Virus record (IMG/VR): IMGVR_UViG_3300032248_000898
Coordinates: 1 to 56,820 of that record
DNA: 56,820 nt
DNA from: a virus
Lineage: Duplodnaviria > Caudoviricetes
Reading direction: 5' to 3' (one strand)
Of this stretch, positions 6,764 to 16,601 are shown in pieces. A program made the position numbers and the translations under genes. The notes beneath the pieces were generated by a model. That model saw only the letters and a program-made list of their open reading frames with translations, made no database searches and was not told the DNA's origin. Each line of letters opens with the position of its first letter. Within the stretch, counting starts at the first letter, position 1.

Positions 6764-7921
6764 ATGGTTTATAGTAATCCAATAAAAAATTTTGGCCGTA
6801 GACGTGGACCTGGTGGCTTTGTGCCTGGGGCTAGAGTTAATAATACTACTCAAGAGATGGGATCTCTTCCAAGTATATTTATAGGAGAACATGGCGGTAG
6901 TGGCGTAAGTCAAATGAATGACGTCAGAGGTTATGCAAGTAGAAGGCCGATGGTACAAGATCTTCCTGGCAGAAGAATAGATACTTCACACAGAGCCGGG
7001 GAAATGGATAGCAGAATGAGCGCAGTTCTTGAAGCTAGAAGAACTCAGAGACTAGCTGCCGCTGATGCTGGTCTGTCCGGCAGAGGCTTAAAAAATGCCC
7101 CCGGAAGAGGAGCAAGACCAGTTAGGGGAGGACTTGAGCGTAGAGGCACTATCCCTGGAGCAGGAGAAAGAGCTATGGGTAGAGCCCCCAAAGTACGCAA
7201 TGCTCCAGTTGAGGCTAATGGATATGGTTCACTAGTTGGAAGAAGAGACGCCGCAATGGCTGCTAGAAATTCTTCTGGCGCTAGAGATTCAGCTGTAGCT
7301 TCAGCTAGAAGACATAATGCATCAATGAACCGAGGAAGGGTGACTGGGACAGCCGGAGAAGGAAGGGGCGTTAAACCATTTGCTTATGGTAATGGCGCTC
7401 ATCCAGGCAGGCCAGCAGCAGCGGGATCTGGGGGGTTACCTGGAGATATTAACTTAGGTACTAGAGGTCAAGTTAATCATAATCCTTTTAATACATTAGC
7501 AGCTAGAGCAGAGGGCAATAATGTAGAAAGAGCAACTGCAGCTATAGGCAATAAAAAAGCAATTAGACCTTTTCCATACGGAAATGGCGCCCATACAGGT
7601 AGACCGGGACCAGCCGGAGCTGGAGGTTTACCTAAAGACATTAACTTAGGGACAAGATCTCAAGTTAATCATAATCCTTTTAATACTTTTGGCGGGGCAA
7701 CACATGTATCACCAAAAGCAATTGGAGAAGGTGGGGCTCAAGTAGTTGAAGATTCCGTAAAAGGAGCTAAAGCAATAGAAGAAGCAGCAGGTAAGGGAGC
7801 TAGCTTATTTCATGGTCAGGGGTTGGCAATTGGTTTAGGAGCTGCCGTAATAGGCGGTTTAGCTTTAGCTCATAGAAGAAAGGCTACTTCAAGCGGAAGA
7901 ACTTCAATGCGCAATTATTAA
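6764..7921 (+). CDS. Arg/Gly/Ala-rich protein with an internal 41-aa duplication and C-terminal hydrophobic helix (putative internal virion protein)
   Basis: Low complexity; GLAIGLGAAVIGGLALA near the C-terminus; SD AAAGGA. Confidence 0.75.
   Translation: MVYSNPIKNFGRRRGPGGFVPGARVNNTTQEMGSLPSIFIGEHGGSGVSQMNDVRGYASRRPMVQDLPGRRIDTSHRAGEMDSRMSAVLEARRTQRLAAADAGLSGRGLKNAPGRGARPVRGGLERRGTIPGAGERAMGRAPKVRNAPVEANGYGSLVGRRDAAMAARNSSGARDSAVASARRHNASMNRGRVTGTAGEGRGVKPFAYGNGAHPGRPAAAGSGGLPGDINLGTRGQVNHNPFNTLAARAEGNNVERATAAIGNKKAIRPFPYGNGAHTGRPGPAGAGGLPKDINLGTRSQVNHNPFNTFGGATHVSPKAIGEGGAQVVEDSVKGAKAIEEAAGKGASLFHGQGLAIGLGAAVIGGLALAHRRKATSSGRTSMRNY
7373..7687 (+). repeat. 123-nt intragenic direct repeat (7373-7495 and 7565-7687)
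   Basis: Both copies encode PF.YGNGAH.GRP..AG.GGLP.DINLGTR.QVNHNPFNT. Confidence 0.95.
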
Positions 7922-7940
7922 AAGAAAGATGTAAAATGTT

Positions 7941-8354
7941 ATGAGTGATTGGAAAAGTTATATAAATGCTAACGGTGATTTTGAATTACCAAATTTTTTA
8001 TATAAGAGCATAAATGAATTAATGAAACAAGCTTTAGATATGGGTACTTTGTTGTCAACCGACTCATATAAACTAAGAGCATATAAAGAACAAACTAAGA
8101 AGCTATTTAAAAATAAATGGTTTGATATAGCTGAATCTTTAGAATTTTTTGGAGTAATAGACAAATGCTTATGTACTTCTAATGGCAAGGACTTCTATTG
8201 CGAAGTGTGCAAAGGTGCAAGGTACATGCCAACATCCGTTTTAACTCCAGATGAAATGCGAGAAATTGGAGTATTTGTAAGCGCAGGTCAAAGCATTGAC
8301 TTAATAGATAAGCTGAACAAAAGCATATCTGAAGTAATTAATAATCTAGATTAA
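7941..8354 (+). CDS. Hypothetical protein with CxC...CxxC (Zn-binding)
   Basis: ORF track; CLC...CEVCKG. Confidence 0.8.
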   Translation: MSDWKSYINANGDFELPNFLYKSINELMKQALDMGTLLSTDSYKLRAYKEQTKKLFKNKWFDIAESLEFFGVIDKCLCTSNGKDFYCEVCKGARYMPTSVLTPDEMREIGVFVSAGQSIDLIDKLNKSISEVINNLD

Positions 8355-8359
8355 CTCCT

Positions 8360-8534
8360 ATGCAATGCCCAAGGTGCACTCGCAAATTGGAAAATATAGT
8401 TGAATTTGTAACCGAAGCCGACGATTTTATGTATACTAGAGAATATTATTGTACTCGGTTGTAGAAGTTCTGTAATAGAAGTCTTTGATTCTCAAGGATT
8501 GCGTAGTAGCGAATGGATAGATTTTAATGTCTAA
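8360..8534 (+). CDS. Zinc-ribbon protein (about 57 aa), requires a +1 shift at CGG 8456-8458
   Basis: MQCPRC...YYCT then, skipping C8456, GCRSSVIEVFDSQGLRSSEWIDFNV*. This completes the second CxxC and ends overlapping the next ATG (8527). Confidence 0.75.
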
Positions 8535-9258
8535 AATAGAAAAATATAATAAAGATTCTTTTCTTAAAGAATTTGAATCATTAAGACCAGATTTATTCAT
8601 GCCGGAATCTTGGACCGATGAACAAAAAGAAAAAGCCGTTGAATTAGTTCGTCCTCAAAAAACTAGAACATCAATGTTTTCTTCTATTCCTATGAATTGT
8701 GAATCAGTTAAATGTATCTTTGCTGACACCTGTCCTTTATTAAAGGAGAACTTGGCCCCTAAGGGAAACCCGTGTCCAATAGAAATGTCTATGGTATCTC
8801 AGTTTACTCAAGAATATTTAGAACAATTAGACGTTAATCCAAATAACTTAGTTGAAGTTTCTATGATTAGAGATTTAGTTGATCAAGAAGTTCAATATCT
8901 TCGTAAGACAAAACTTTTGGCAAAAGAACATTTTATTCAGGAAAATATAATTGGGATTGACTCAAATACAGGCGAGCCTATTATGAAGAAAGAATTACAC
9001 TTGGCAGTTGAACTGGAAGATAAACTTCATAAGAGAAGAAAAGATTTACGCAATCAACTACTTGCAACAAGAGAAGCTAAAGCTAAAATTGGACAAACCC
9101 AACTTGATACCGCTCAAGCAATATCTGACATTCTGTATAAAGTGCAGGATATTGAAAAGCAAAGAGATAAATTGATTCGTCAAAAAACAGGTCAGTATGA
9201 GATTGACGAATACATAGAAGCTGAAGTTGTAGAAGAATTAGATAATGAGATTATTTGA
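8527..9258 (+). CDS. Cys-rich/coiled-coil protein, possible terminase small subunit
   Basis: Four Cys followed by helical segments; lies upstream of TerL. The function is inference only. Confidence 0.5.
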   Translation: MSKIEKYNKDSFLKEFESLRPDLFMPESWTDEQKEKAVELVRPQKTRTSMFSSIPMNCESVKCIFADTCPLLKENLAPKGNPCPIEMSMVSQFTQEYLEQLDVNPNNLVEVSMIRDLVDQEVQYLRKTKLLAKEHFIQENIIGIDSNTGEPIMKKELHLAVELEDKLHKRRKDLRNQLLATREAKAKIGQTQLDTAQAISDILYKVQDIEKQRDKLIRQKTGQYEIDEYIEAEVVEELDNEII

Positions 9259-12200
9259 TAACCCAGAATTATTGGGAAAGTTTACCAATAATATAAACAG
9301 CTCTTTACAAGCACGGACTTAGGCTACCTACCACTAACGGCGGAGTGCAATCTACTCAGATAACTACAGATGTTCTCCAAAGTGTTCTTGGTACTAGTGA
9401 AGAATTTTTAGCTAGATTTAGAGAAGTAGAAGCATTGGCTCACGATATGATATCGGGAGGTAAACATTTAGCTTTTGGCTCAAAGATTCCAGACGTAGAG
9501 TTAATGAAAAAAACTGGAAAGTTAGATCTTAGTTCGCTTACGTACGATGCCAATCAGGAAATAGCTCAAATGTTTAGAACAAGAGTTTTAAAGATAGATG
9601 AACTTTTGTCTAAAACTGGAATACCAGGAATGGAATTTGGTTCCTCTAACCCTTATAGCTATTTGTTAAAATTTGATGTTGAAGATTCCGATCACGCCGC
9701 TGCCATATTCCTTAACAGGCAATTTTTTAACGCTAATCCAAATAAAATTGGACAAAGAGCTTTTAACCTAGGTATGGGTAACATGATTTCTCCTTCTACG
9801 TTGGAAAGAATATCTACTCAATCTGGTGAATTTCCATTTAAGGGCGACGTAATGACATTTGACGTTGAAACAAGTGGAGTTACAGACGGTTCAACTGTTA
9901 GATCATTTGCTAATAGAATTACAGATAAAAATGGCGTACTTAAATCTGAATCTAATATTGGTTTTATAAATACCCAAATGGATAACGCTATCATTAGAAC
10001 TGAAAAAGGCAGCATGCTTCTTTCCGAGGGCGTAAATATAGTTGAAGGAACTAGAGATATAAGGTCAATGCAAAATGGTGGGGCAGAATTTATATCTGCA
10101 ACAAAAGACCTGTTTACACAAATGCTAAATCCTGAAATAAAACATTTGTCTGGTCATAATATTCTTTTCGACTTACAAAAAATGACAAAAACACTTCAAG
10201 GATTAGAAGGTTACAACGATGATATTAGGGATTTAACTCTTTCAGTTTGGGATAGAGTTAATAAAGAAGAAGGTTTTTTGGTAGACTCTGCAGAAACTCT
10301 TAGTAGATATTTTAATGAAAAATTATCGGGATTAAGTCCAGCCGATAAAGCTTCTAGGCTATTATCTCCAGAACTATCAAGGACAGCTGAAATGGGTGGA
10401 TCTGTAGCTCCTCGTAGTATTCAAAATTACGTTACAAATTCTAACGTATTAGAGCTAATAGAACGCGATGCACTTGCGGGGAATGAAGATATGCAAAAAC
10501 TTCAAGCCAGAATAGCTGGAGGAGCGCACATTGCAGAAACTGACGTTCACATGCAGCAAACGTTAGAGAAATATAGAACAAGCAAAGAATTAGATTTTCT
10601 TGAAAGAGGAAAACAATATTCTCCTTTTGTAAGTGCAGGAAGGTCTAAATATTTTAGTTCATCGGCAATTAACCCAACTACAAGTATTGCCGACGTAAGA
10701 CATCTTGAGCAAAGTGGAGTTGACTATTTATCTGGAGTAGGGGCTCGCCATGTTACTGTGGAAGGTGTTAGCGCATCAGAGCTAGGTGCTAGCACAATGC
10801 AAAATTTGGGTAGAGACGTAAGCGGACAATTAGCATATAATGAAAATTTAGATAGATTTCAACTACATCATGAAACTACTGGTGGACAAAGGCTATCTGC
10901 GGAAATAGATCAAGAAGCAGCTAGAAAGACCATAAAAGAAAGAGTCAGACAAGCATACGAAAGACCATTTAGTGAATCCGCAGATGCATCCCTCAATATA
11001 AAGGGGGCAGGTTATTCTGCCATGACAAATGTAGAACAAGCTGCTAAAGCACAAAAGTACACAAGTGGAATAACAGCTGGCAAAAATGTTGATGAAAGAA
11101 TGATCAGAGGACTGGGCATAACTAATGAACAGTTTGGAGCTGACGTTTCAAGTCAATCAATTTTTAGTAGATTTGGAACCGCAGTAAGAGGAAGGCCAAC
11201 AAGAGATATCAGAATGCCATTAGGGCTGGGCGAAGAGGTAATAGAAAATTACCACAAGCAAATAGCAGCACTAGGATTACCAAATGCAACGCAAGACGTT
11301 GCTACAAGAACTCTTGGCGTTAAGCTATCTGAAGCAACAGCACCAATAGCCAATGCAGCAGCAGGGACAACAGCACTTAAAGGTACAGAAGCTGGGGTAA
11401 GGGGTACAAGTGCTCATCTTCTTTCTGAAACTGGTTTAATACATTTTAACACTCAGCAAAATACCGCTTTAATGGGACAATATGACGCTAGAGGTCCTCA
11501 GCCTGTTTCAAGAGTTAGAGGAAAGTTTGATGACATTTTTTCTTTTGAAGAAAAAACCGGAACACCATTAACAGATGGAACTGCAACCACAACTAAAAGC
11601 TTAAGAGTAAAAGCTTTTGGTGGACAAGATATTATAGAACACGATTTAAATAAGTTTACCATGAGCTTTGTAAACGATAGTCAGATGAGCTCCAGTGAAG
11701 GAGCTAGGGTTAACTTAGTATGGGGAGCTAATAAAACATTTAGTGAAGAACAATCTCAATTATTGGCAGATCACTTAATGGGTAATGCTGATCTTCACGA
11801 AAACCTTATGGAAGGTATTCACGGGGTTGACGAACTAAAAGCAGGTACTTTAACCGGAGATGCAAAAACTACTTTTACAAAAACTTTAGCTGAAAAAATT
11901 AGAGAAAATGGAATAGTAGTTGGAACCATAAAAGGCGATCCAGCTAAAAACGTAATGAAGGCTTATGAACAACACGGAGTTTCTATGATTCAAAACGACG
12001 TAGAAATGTTGAATCATACTATGAGAATAGTTCATCAAGAAGGTAATCTAGCTACATTTGGCTCATTTGTAGAAGAACACGCTGCTGAGTTTGCGGGCAT
12101 GACTTCACCGGTAGCGCAAAGAAACGCAGAAGAACAATTATCTGTAGCCAATAGAATTATTAAAGCTTTTCAAGAATCCCCTAGATTAAGAAGAGTTGCT

Positions 12201-12602
12201 CAGTCTACGGTTAGTGAAGCTAACGTTTCTTCAGTTATTGGAGATAAAGTAAACTTAGCCCTAAAGCCTTTAGCTGACTTTAAAACTCCTATGACTAATT
12301 TTTATAAAGCAAACAAAAGTACATTAGGAATTGGAGCATTAGCTATAACTGCGCTTGGAGCCGGTTACTATATGTCCAAGAAGCATAGGGAATCAGATGT
12401 GTATGACCAAACAATGACTCAACAACCGTTTGAGAATAGAACATATAATAATAGAAATTTAAATTTAACACCTGGATCTAATCAAACAGGAGAGCAAATG
12501 GATCCTTTAGCTACAGCTGGAGTTGTTGGAGCTTTAGATAGATCTAGAATTGGACATCATAATATGAGTTCAAATAAAAACGCACATTTATTTAGGGGAT
12601 AA
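9245..12602 (+). CDS. Large (about 1118 aa) protein with a DEDDh/DnaQ-like 3'-5' exonuclease domain and C-terminal hydrophobic helix; requires a +1 shift at CGG 9314-9316 (track start 9345)
   Basis: ExoI TFDVETSG, ExoII GHNILFDL, ExoIII AHIAETD; C-terminal LGIGALAITALGAGYY; ATG 9245 overlaps the upstream gene. Confidence 0.75.
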
Positions 12603-12607
12603 GCATA

Positions 12608-13234
12608 ATGCCATCGTTAGCCAACATAGGAGAAACTCTTTCTAGTAAACCAGGAAAAGCAATGGTACTTGGCGGTCTTTTTGCAGCTGGTGCACTAAAA
12701 ACATCCTATAGAAGTGCAGTAGAGCTTAACAACCAAGCTGCATTTGGCAACGACGATGCAGATAAATTTTTTATGGGTGAGCAGGGGCTTAGTCCAAGCG
12801 GATTGTTAGATGCATCTACCGGGTCTAAAGCAGGAGTAATTGGCTCAATTGCAGGCGGTATTGGTGGTGGTGCACTAGGTCTAGCACTGGGCAAACGCGC
12901 AAATAAGGGTGCCAATGAGATGTTGGGCGAAGCTGGTAAAATGTTAACTAAAGATGTTAAAATTCCTGAAATGATTGGAAAGTTTAAAGTTCCTGGCATA
13001 GGTGGCAAGACTTTACTTAACGCTGAGATAAAGGGCTCTATGCACGGCCTAGGGGCACTGGGAGCCATTGCAGGTGCAGCCATAGGTGGAACAGCACTTC
13101 TTCGTGGTCATTTAAATAGAAACAAAGAATTTTTATCACAAAGCCCATACTCTAGAGGATCTGCAATGCAAGCTCAATCCACTCAAGCTTACGGTGATAT
13201 GGTACTCGGCATGCACAACTCTAGAAGAGGATAA
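12608..13234 (+). CDS. Gly/Ala-rich protein with GxxxG hydrophobic helices (putative ejection/internal virion protein)
   Basis: GVIGSIAGGIGGGALGLALG; GLGALGAIAGAAIGGTALL. Confidence 0.7.
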   Translation: MPSLANIGETLSSKPGKAMVLGGLFAAGALKTSYRSAVELNNQAAFGNDDADKFFMGEQGLSPSGLLDASTGSKAGVIGSIAGGIGGGALGLALGKRANKGANEMLGEAGKMLTKDVKIPEMIGKFKVPGIGGKTLLNAEIKGSMHGLGALGAIAGAAIGGTALLRGHLNRNKEFLSQSPYSRGSAMQAQSTQAYGDMVLGMHNSRRG

Positions 13235-13236
13235 TT

Positions 13237-14724
13237 ATGGCTGAGCCTATTAATGAACTGTCTGGGGGACCTGGAGACTTACCCCTCTTTATGAGGGCTA
13301 TGCAAAATCCATTAATGGAAAACATGCCGGGAATTGGTACATCCGTGGGCATGATGCACGCTAGAGGCATGAACACTATAATGCGTGGTGGTTTCATGGA
13401 CGGTCGCAAAACAGTAAGTAAACTGGGAGGCTTTAATGCTGAAGGTGCTTTGGTAAGGCCTAGTTCTAAAGCATTTTATGGAACTTCTGCTAGAAGAGCT
13501 AAAATGGCAAGTGCAATTGGAGAAGAAGCCAAAATGCCTTGGGCTAAAGGCGCTAGAGTAAACCACCTGACCGGTAGACCAAGGGCATTAAGTAGATATA
13601 GCAGTCTTTCCGTGATGGACGCAGCAGAACACCCTAGTTTTTATACACCTTTTCATTTTTCTAAAGGTCAACTTGGTAAAAGATTTGCTAAAAATGAAGG
13701 GTTTAGAGATTTAGCTTATGGTGGAGCTGAATTTGAAGCGGTAGCAGGTAAAGGTAAAGCTCCAGTATTTCAACGTGGAATGATTTCTATGATTGGAGCT
13801 GGAAGAAAAACTGATTTACTTGAAAGAAAAGCCTTAGATAAAGTTATAATGAAAGATGGCGTATCAACAATAGAAAAAGGTTCAGCAAGGGCAGCAAGAA
13901 AATTAGCAAAAGCTCAAATTAACGTTGGAAGATTAGCTCAGATGAATAATCCAGCCATGGTAGCAAGTAAATCTTTTGCGGGCGGTGAATTTGGTAGAGT
14001 TATCCCTAAGAGTGCAGGTCTTGGAATGATTGCTCCCGCAGGTGAAACCTTAAGTACCACATCCCCAATGGCTGCAGCATTAGCGGGAGAAGGTCGAGTT
14101 GGACTTACCGGTAACCTTATGGCTAGTGCCGGCGCAAGACCAGGCTCTCAAGCTGCCATGGGATACTTTAGAGGAGCATTAGGGCATACCGAAGCAGGTG
14201 GACTGTCAGAGATTGCCCTTAGGGGAGCACAAAAAGCTGAACAGCACATGGCAACGGCAATTGCTAAATCTGCAGGTAGAGATGTTGCTAGTGCAGCAGA
14301 CATAGCATTAGGTAAAACAGCATTAAAGGAAGGTGTTTTTAAAACTCTTGGGAGTAAAGCAGCAGGAGAAGCTGGAGTGAGCTTTATGGGCTCTTTAGCT
14401 ACCAAGGAAGGTGCTATGGCACTGGGAGCTAGAACTGCATCAATGGCTATTCCTGGATTAAACTTACTAGCTACAGCTTCATTGGTTTACGATTTAGGAA
14501 AAATGGGTGGAGCTTTAGTTAAAGGTGGCCTTAATTTGGCCAAAGATGCTGTAAAATCTATGAAGGGTTCTATAGATAAACCGGGGTTTGGAATGGGCTA
14601 TAAAGATAACGAAGTTGCAGCTACCTCAAGAGCAAGGGGAGTTGCAGCTATTCAAAACTCAAGACTAAACGCTAGATCCGCTTTAGGTAATGAGGGTTCT
14701 ATGATGGCAGCTCATTTTGGTTAA
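13237..14724 (+). CDS. Gly/Ala/Met-rich basic protein (putative ejection/internal virion protein)
   Basis: Composition and position in the late operon before TerL. Confidence 0.7.
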   Translation: MAEPINELSGGPGDLPLFMRAMQNPLMENMPGIGTSVGMMHARGMNTIMRGGFMDGRKTVSKLGGFNAEGALVRPSSKAFYGTSARRAKMASAIGEEAKMPWAKGARVNHLTGRPRALSRYSSLSVMDAAEHPSFYTPFHFSKGQLGKRFAKNEGFRDLAYGGAEFEAVAGKGKAPVFQRGMISMIGAGRKTDLLERKALDKVIMKDGVSTIEKGSARAARKLAKAQINVGRLAQMNNPAMVASKSFAGGEFGRVIPKSAGLGMIAPAGETLSTTSPMAAALAGEGRVGLTGNLMASAGARPGSQAAMGYFRGALGHTEAGGLSEIALRGAQKAEQHMATAIAKSAGRDVASAADIALGKTALKEGVFKTLGSKAAGEAGVSFMGSLATKEGAMALGARTASMAIPGLNLLATASLVYDLGKMGGALVKGGLNLAKDAVKSMKGSIDKPGFGMGYKDNEVAATSRARGVAAIQNSRLNARSALGNEGSMMAAHFG

Positions 14725-14730
14725 TTACTT

Positions 14731-16599
14731 ATGAACTTAGTAGAAAAAACTAAAAGTTTCAGAAAACAAATGGAAGCTCTTTCTAGAGAAGATCTTTTAG
14801 AGATACTTCAACAGCAAGATCCTGAAACTGTTAAACAGATAAACAGAATAGAATGGGTTTTTAAAAATAAGCTCACGCACTTAAACTGGAAAGATGGTTC
14901 TCCCGTTTCGGAGAGACCATTAACTAACTATGAGTTAGCCTTATTGATAGATGAACCATTTACTGTAGATAGAGATCTTTTAGACGCCGGCATTTCATCA
15001 GAACAGCAAAGACAAATACATTTAGCTAAAGACCCTTGCATGTGGGGTAGACATTTTCTGGGAGCTGAAACTAGAGTTTATCAAACATTAATTCTGAGAG
15101 ATGAGGCTTTAAGAAAAGTACTAAGAGCTGGTCGTCGTTTAGGTAAAACTTTTAGTATGGCCCTATATTTAATTCATTATAGCTATACACATAAAGACGG
15201 AAGATCTTTAGTTATTGCCCCAATGAAAACTCAAGTAGAACTAATTTATCAGGAAATTTTAAGGTTAGCGTCCAAGAATGAAATAGTATCTAATTCAATT
15301 ATTAGAAAAGTTACTTCTCCTCAATTTATGATTCAGTTCTCCAATGGTTCAACCATTAGATTCTTTACTTCAGGAATGAGATCTGGCGGAAAGTCAGACG
15401 TAGCTCGTGGTCAGGAAGCACACGTAATTGTTCTTGACGAAATGGACTACATGCACGCGGACGACCTAGACGCACTATATGCTATGTTGCAGAAAACGGC
15501 AGAAGACCAACCAGATAAAGTTCTTATTGGAGCATCTACTCCAACTGGTAGACGAGAAAGATTTTGGGAATGGTGTAATTCAAATAGTAGATTTAAAGAG
15601 TTTTGGTTTCCGTCTTATTGCAACCCATTTTTTTCTAAAGATCAAGAACAAGAGTTTAGAGAACAGTATTCAGAAGCTGGATATCGTCACGAAATTGAAG
15701 CAGACTGGGGTGAAGACGCAGAAGGTGTTTATCCAAGAAAATTTGTAGATAAAGCTTTTATAGATCCAGGTTGGAGATATATACCGGAAATTACATCAGC
15801 TAGAAGCTTCTTTACCATTGGAGTAGACTGGGATAAATACGGTGCTGGCACAAATATCGTAGTTACCGAAACATGTAACGAATTATATGAAGACGAAAGA
15901 TTTAGAAACAAAACTAGAGTTTGCTACAGAGAAGAAATACCTAAGTCTGAATTTACATTAACTATTGGAGTTAATAGAATTGTAGAGCTAAACGACCTTC
16001 TTCAGCCTAAACACATTTATGTTGACCGAGGTTTTGGAGAAGTTCAAGTTGAATTACTACATAAATACGGAATGGAAAATCCAAAATCTCAATTAAGACA
16101 AAGAGTTAAAGGTGTTAGTTTTGGTGAATCTATAGAAATTAGAGATCCATATACAAAACTATTTATTAAAAAAGAAATTAAACCATACATGGTTGACAAT
16201 CTTAGACAATTCCTTGAAAAAGAAATTCTTGTAATTCCAGCAGAAGACGAAGAACTATATCTACAGTTAATATCTTACATTGTAGTTAGAACAACTTCTT
16301 CGGGTAGGCCTGTCTTTGAAGCTGGCGGATCTGCAGTTGACCACGCGCACGACGCACTAATGCTAGCTCTATTAGCTATAACTCAAAACTATGGAGATCT
16401 ACATCAATCTCACTACGCTGTAAAAGCAGAAAGCTTTTCTAACACATTCTTTATGCCGAGTATGGTAACATCAAAAGATGAAGATAGCGAAACTACCAAA
16501 TCTAGAACCGATATATATACAGAGCCTAAAAATTCTGGAATGAACTACGGTTTAAGAAAAGGTAAAATGAAAAAAACTATTTCTAGAAAGATGTTTTAA
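14731..16599 (+). CDS. terL: Terminase large subunit
   Basis: Walker A AGRRLGKT, Walker B VIVLDEMDY, coupling motif ASTP, RNase H-like IGVDW and DHAHDA. Confidence 0.95.
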   Translation: MNLVEKTKSFRKQMEALSREDLLEILQQQDPETVKQINRIEWVFKNKLTHLNWKDGSPVSERPLTNYELALLIDEPFTVDRDLLDAGISSEQQRQIHLAKDPCMWGRHFLGAETRVYQTLILRDEALRKVLRAGRRLGKTFSMALYLIHYSYTHKDGRSLVIAPMKTQVELIYQEILRLASKNEIVSNSIIRKVTSPQFMIQFSNGSTIRFFTSGMRSGGKSDVARGQEAHVIVLDEMDYMHADDLDALYAMLQKTAEDQPDKVLIGASTPTGRRERFWEWCNSNSRFKEFWFPSYCNPFFSKDQEQEFREQYSEAGYRHEIEADWGEDAEGVYPRKFVDKAFIDPGWRYIPEITSARSFFTIGVDWDKYGAGTNIVVTETCNELYEDERFRNKTRVCYREEIPKSEFTLTIGVNRIVELNDLLQPKHIYVDRGFGEVQVELLHKYGMENPKSQLRQRVKGVSFGESIEIRDPYTKLFIKKEIKPYMVDNLRQFLEKEILVIPAEDEELYLQLISYIVVRTTSSGRPVFEAGGSAVDHAHDALMLALLAITQNYGDLHQSHYAVKAESFSNTFFMPSMVTSKDEDSETTKSRTDIYTEPKNSGMNYGLRKGKMKKTISRKMF

Positions 16600-16601
16600 A
16601 G

